Virus record (IMG/VR): IMGVR_UViG_2724679346_000005
Origin: an uncultured virus (IMG/VR IMGVR_UViG_2724679346_000005)
Taxonomy: Duplodnaviria; Heunggongvirae; Uroviricota; Caudoviricetes
Length of the DNA stretch: 20,000 bases
Direction: 5' to 3' (one strand)
Positions 17,069 through 20,000 of the stretch are shown one piece after another. How positions within the stretch are numbered: the stretch's first letter is position 1; each line of letters begins with the position of its first letter. The notes under the pieces were generated by a model, which worked only from the letters and a program-made list of their open reading frames with translations, ran no database searches and was not told the DNA's origin. The translations under genes and the position numbers were made by a program.

Positions 17069-17560
17069 ATGGAAATTGTCATTAACACCAATCAGACACC
17101 AGAAGCGCCAGCGCCCGTGGAACCAGCGGAAAACACAGTCATTAAAAATGACGGTTTCTGGCCTGATATCGACCTGAAACAGTACCGCGAAGAATCACGT
17201 CAGGACGGCACCATCACGCAGCCGCGTGTTATTGAAGCGGCATTGTTTGCCATCAATGAAGTGAATGATCGGCTCGCAATCTGGCGCTTAACCCAGCAAA
17301 AACAGGGTTATCTGTCAGCGGCTGAGGTACCGGTGGAAAAACTGAACGAGGAGAGCACTCGCATTCAGTTGTACCGCACCGCGGTATTTTGCCTGATGCA
17401 AGCCCGTCTAACTGATCGTTTTCGCGGTTTTGATACCACCGGCACGGGCGGCAAGCGGGCCGATTCACTGGAACCCACTATTGATAATTTGCGCCGTGAT
17501 GCTGCGTGGGCAATTAACGATATTCAGGCGATCAACCGCATGACGGTTGAGCTGATTTAA
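17069..17560 (+). CDS. L: Head completion/stabilization protein
   Basis: IKNDGFWPDIDL...YRTAV...RMTVELI. Confidence 0.93.
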   Translation: MEIVINTNQTPEAPAPVEPAENTVIKNDGFWPDIDLKQYREESRQDGTITQPRVIEAALFAINEVNDRLAIWRLTQQKQGYLSAAEVPVEKLNEESTRIQLYRTAVFCLMQARLTDRFRGFDTTGTGGKRADSLEPTIDNLRRDAAWAINDIQAINRMTVELI

Positions 17561-17763
17561 TGCGCATTCTGGCTCAGCAGTACGACACCGTTGACGCCAT
17601 GTGTTGGCGCTACTACGGCCGCACCGAGGGTGTAACTGAAAAAGTGTTGGCCGCCAATCCGGGTTTAGCCGATATCGGCCCGGTTTTACCGCACGGTTAC
17701 CCGGTGGAAATGCCAGAAGTCGCCGCCGCCATCACTGCGCAAACCGTGCAACTTTGGGACTAA
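17560..17763 (+). CDS. X: Tail protein X
   Basis: DTVDAMCWRYYG...ANPGLA...LPHG...VQLWD. Confidence 0.95.
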   Translation: MRILAQQYDTVDAMCWRYYGRTEGVTEKVLAANPGLADIGPVLPHGYPVEMPEVAAAITAQTVQLWD

Positions 17764-17771
17764 CTACACAA

Positions 17772-17785
17772 TCCCCATAGGGGGT
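17772..17785 (+). promoter_or_regulatory. sdi-like stem-loop over the holin RBS
   Basis: ATCCCC-ATA-GGGGGTAA just upstream of ATG-AAA-ATG, as in the lambda S translation initiation region. Confidence 0.65.
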
Positions 17786-17792
17786 AACGGAT

Positions 17793-18179
17793 ATGAAAAT
17801 GCCAGACAAAGATCCGGGTTGGATGGGTGCATTACTGGCCTTTTACTCTGCCTACTCAACCGCGATAAACGGTTTTCTTATCGCTTTTATTGTGGCATTT
17901 CGCCGCGTGGTATGGGGCGGCGGTAAGTTACGTGAAGGGATTGGCGAGGGGGTCGTATGTGGGCTGGTCGGTGTCAATATCGGTCCGGTCATTTCTCCTG
18001 TGTTGATCCGCATGATTGATGCTATTCCCTGGCTAAACGGCGCATTAACCGAGGTCGCCGCCGGGAAAATAGAAATTTTTATCAGTTGTTTGATCGGTCT
18101 GATTGGCTTGCAGGCTATCCGCGAGCTGGTATTCAAAATCATCAATAAAAAGGCAGGAACCACTGATGTTAACCAATAA
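17793..18179 (+). CDS. Holin, lambda S family, dual-start motif (Met1-Lys2-Met3)
   Basis: MKMPDK start, three hydrophobic segments, IGLIG...KKAG C-terminus like lambda S. Confidence 0.85.
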   Translation: MKMPDKDPGWMGALLAFYSAYSTAINGFLIAFIVAFRRVVWGGGKLREGIGEGVVCGLVGVNIGPVISPVLIRMIDAIPWLNGALTEVAAGKIEIFISCLIGLIGLQAIRELVFKIINKKAGTTDVNQ

Positions 18180-18561
18180 ATTTATTCTCGGCAAAGCCAG
18201 CGAAAGTAATCTGATCGGCGTACATCCTGATTTGGTTAAAGTGGTGCGCCGCGCGCTGGAGCTGACCCCGCTTGATTTTAAAGTGATTGAGGGCTGTCGC
18301 ACGCTGGAACGCCAGCGCGAACTGGTCAAAGTCGGAGCCAGCCAAACCTTAAACAGCCGCCACTTAACCGGCCATGCGGTAGATATTGTACCGCTGCCAC
18401 GCGGTAAGGTCAGTTGGGAGTGGAAATATTTTTATCCAATGGCTGACGCAATGAAACAGGCCGCTGCCGAGCTGAGGATCGCCGTGGAATGGGGCGGTAA
18501 CTGGACCACCTTTAAAGACGGCCCACATTTTCAATTGCCCGCCCGTCAATATCCGAGCTGA
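18166..18561 (+). CDS. Endolysin, peptidase M15 family (L-Ala-D-Glu peptidase-like)
   Basis: GVHPDL, EGCRTLERQ, SRHLTGHAVD (H-x6-D), WGGNW...DGPHFQ; start at ATG 18166 after an AGGA RBS. Confidence 0.9.
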   Translation: MLTNKFILGKASESNLIGVHPDLVKVVRRALELTPLDFKVIEGCRTLERQRELVKVGASQTLNSRHLTGHAVDIVPLPRGKVSWEWKYFYPMADAMKQAAAELRIAVEWGGNWTTFKDGPHFQLPARQYPS

Positions 18562-18565
18562 CACC

Positions 18566-18991
18566 ATGCCACTCTTCAACACCGCTCCGCTCGCATGGGC
18601 GATTGCCGCCGCCTTACTGCTTGCCGGTGGCGTACAGACTTACCGCTTGTCTGAGGCTCGGCAAGTGATGATTGACCAGCAAGCGGCCGAGGTGGCCAGC
18701 AAAAACGGCCAACTTATTGCGCTGGCACTGACCGCCAATGCCAATAATCAGGCACAGGCCCAATTGCGCCAACAGGTTGCCAGTACGGATCAGTTGTTGG
18801 CGCAACGTAATAGCCAAATCAAGAGATTATACCGTGAAAATGAAACATTGCGCCGCTGGGCTGATACTCCCCTGCCTGATGATATTATCCGGCTGCGTCA
18901 GCGCCCCGCCCTCACCGGGGCCGCAGATTACCGTCAATGGCTGTCCGAGAGTGGCACAGTGCCAGTTTCCGGCAGCAGGGCCGCAAACTAA
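18566..18991 (+). CDS. lysB: Inner-membrane spanin (Rz-like)
   Basis: N-terminal TM, coiled coil, ENETLRRWADTPLPDDIIRLRQRP. Confidence 0.9.
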   Translation: MPLFNTAPLAWAIAAALLLAGGVQTYRLSEARQVMIDQQAAEVASKNGQLIALALTANANNQAQAQLRQQVASTDQLLAQRNSQIKRLYRENETLRRWADTPLPDDIIRLRQRPALTGAADYRQWLSESGTVPVSGSRAAN

Positions 18992-19103
18992 CGGTGATTT
19001 AAACGACGATATTGATCGCCTTGAGGCCGCATTGCACGCTTGCGCGGCACAGGTCGATACCGTCTTTATTTGCCAGCAAGGGGCCGCTGATGCTAAAGCC
19101 TGA
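18840..19103 (+). CDS. lysC: Outer-membrane spanin lipoprotein (Rz1-like)
   Basis: Lipobox LSGC, GCPRVAQC...TNGDL...CAAQVD; overlaps lysB; start at ATG 18840 or GTG 18834. Confidence 0.87.
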   Translation: MKHCAAGLILPCLMILSGCVSAPPSPGPQITVNGCPRVAQCQFPAAGPQTNGDLNDDIDRLEAALHACAAQVDTVFICQQGAADAKA

Positions 19104-19557
19104 TTCGCTGCGTACCGCCATTTTAAAGGCGGTGCCGTATATCAAGCAAAACCCAGACTGCTTACATGTCTTTATCGATAAAGGGGCGATTATTGCCACG
19201 CTGGCGCCGTCACTCTCTTTTGAGTATCAGTACACCTTAAATCTGGTGGTGACTGATTACGCCAGTGATATGGATCTGGTCATTGTCCCGGTCTTGCATT
19301 GGTTGCGCACTCATCAGCCAGATATTATGGCGAACCCCGACAAACGTCAGGACAGTTTTACTTTTGAAGTTGATTATCTGGATAACAAAGTGCGCGATAT
19401 CAGCATTGATATCAAACTCACCGAACGGGTGATCGTTAAAGAGAAAAATGGCAAATTAAGCGTTACTCATCTTGGGGAACCGGTGCCACCAGAGCATTTT
19501 ATCAACAGCTATCAAATTGATATTGAGGGTAAAACTGTCGCGGAGTGGGTAACGTGA
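19090..19557 (+). CDS. R: Tail completion protein R
   Basis: MLKPDSLR...NPDCLHVFID...LSFEYQY...LTERVIV; start at ATG 19090. Confidence 0.93.
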   Translation: MLKPDSLRTAILKAVPYIKQNPDCLHVFIDKGAIIATLAPSLSFEYQYTLNLVVTDYASDMDLVIVPVLHWLRTHQPDIMANPDKRQDSFTFEVDYLDNKVRDISIDIKLTERVIVKEKNGKLSVTHLGEPVPPEHFINSYQIDIEGKTVAEWVT

Positions 19558-20000
19558 ATAACGTGCATGAGCTAGATCAGACCTTATCAACATTATTGGC
19601 ACAATTGGCCCCACAGGCGCGCGGCGCGTTTATGCGTCAGGTCGCTAAAGAACTACGGCGACGCCAACAAAAGCACATTCAGGCGCAACAGAACCCGGAT
19701 GGCTCACCCTTTGTTCCGCGTAAGAAAAAGCGCCGCGATAAGCAAGGCCGCATCAAACGCAAGATGTTTACCAAACTGCGCACCGCTCGTTATATCAAAA
19801 ACGAATCCAACGCCGACGAGGCCGCTGTTGCGTTCAGCGGCAAGGTCAATAATATGGTTAGAGTCCATCATTACGGTTTGCGGGATAAAGTCACAAAGAA
19901 CGGGCCAACAGTGAAATACGAACGCCGCCAGTTGTTAGGCTTTACTGACGGCGATAGTGAGTGGATTGGGGATCTGGCGTTGGAGTGGCTTGCTAAGTAA
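19545..20000 (+). CDS. S: Tail completion/virion morphogenesis protein S
   Basis: QQNPDGSPFVPRK, MFTKLR, RVHHYGL, RQLLG; start at GTG 19545 or 19554. Confidence 0.93.
   Translation: MGNVNNVHELDQTLSTLLAQLAPQARGAFMRQVAKELRRRQQKHIQAQQNPDGSPFVPRKKKRRDKQGRIKRKMFTKLRTARYIKNESNADEAAVAFSGKVNNMVRVHHYGLRDKVTKNGPTVKYERRQLLGFTDGDSEWIGDLALEWLAK

Larger units (their letters stand above)
1..20000. mobile_element. P2-like prophage (both ends lie outside the window)
   Basis: Gene order int-repressor / cox...A / Q-P / O-N-M-L-X-lysis-R-S matches the P2/186/HP1 genome plan. Confidence 0.97.

Noticed and set aside
6550..19089. Longest-ORF starts at 6550, 10199, 18103, 18738 and 19012
   Set aside because: Downstream starts (6598, 10268, 18166, 18840, 19090) fit RBS/overlap patterns and homolog N-termini better
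533..19914. Numerous antisense or out-of-frame ORFs in the track (e.g. 533-727, 2073-2282, 3946-4257, 9547-9921, 12654-13070, 16274-16582, 17852-18163)
   Set aside because: They overlap well-supported genes and show no recognisable motifs; shadow ORFs

Overview
The whole window is part of a P2-like (Peduoviridae-type) prophage; a Yersinia-like enterobacterial host is inferred from an embedded palindromic repeat. On the minus strand at left is the immunity/integration operon: a repressor, a 565-aa membrane-anchored DUF4041/T5orf172(GIY-YIG) protein resembling the SNIPE/PD-lambda-1 anti-phage nuclease, a truncated integrase fused to a hydrophobic tail, a secreted 126-aa protein, and a second, divergent integrase that runs off the window. 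The plus-strand early operon encodes an RHH-like regulator, a Cox-like protein, small ORFs, a MazG-like protein, a DEDDh exonuclease, Dam and replication protein A with its internal ori. A gene-free cos region follows, then head genes Q-P / O-N-M-L, X, a mosaic lysis cassette (lambda-type dual-start holin, M15 peptidase endolysin, LysB/LysC spanins) and tail completion genes R and S. The most unusual parts are the double-integrase accessory cassette carrying a probable defence nuclease, a phased palindrome triad next to the portal gene, and a repeat insertion plus alternative RNA hairpins between M and L. All family assignments are from motif recognition, not database searches.
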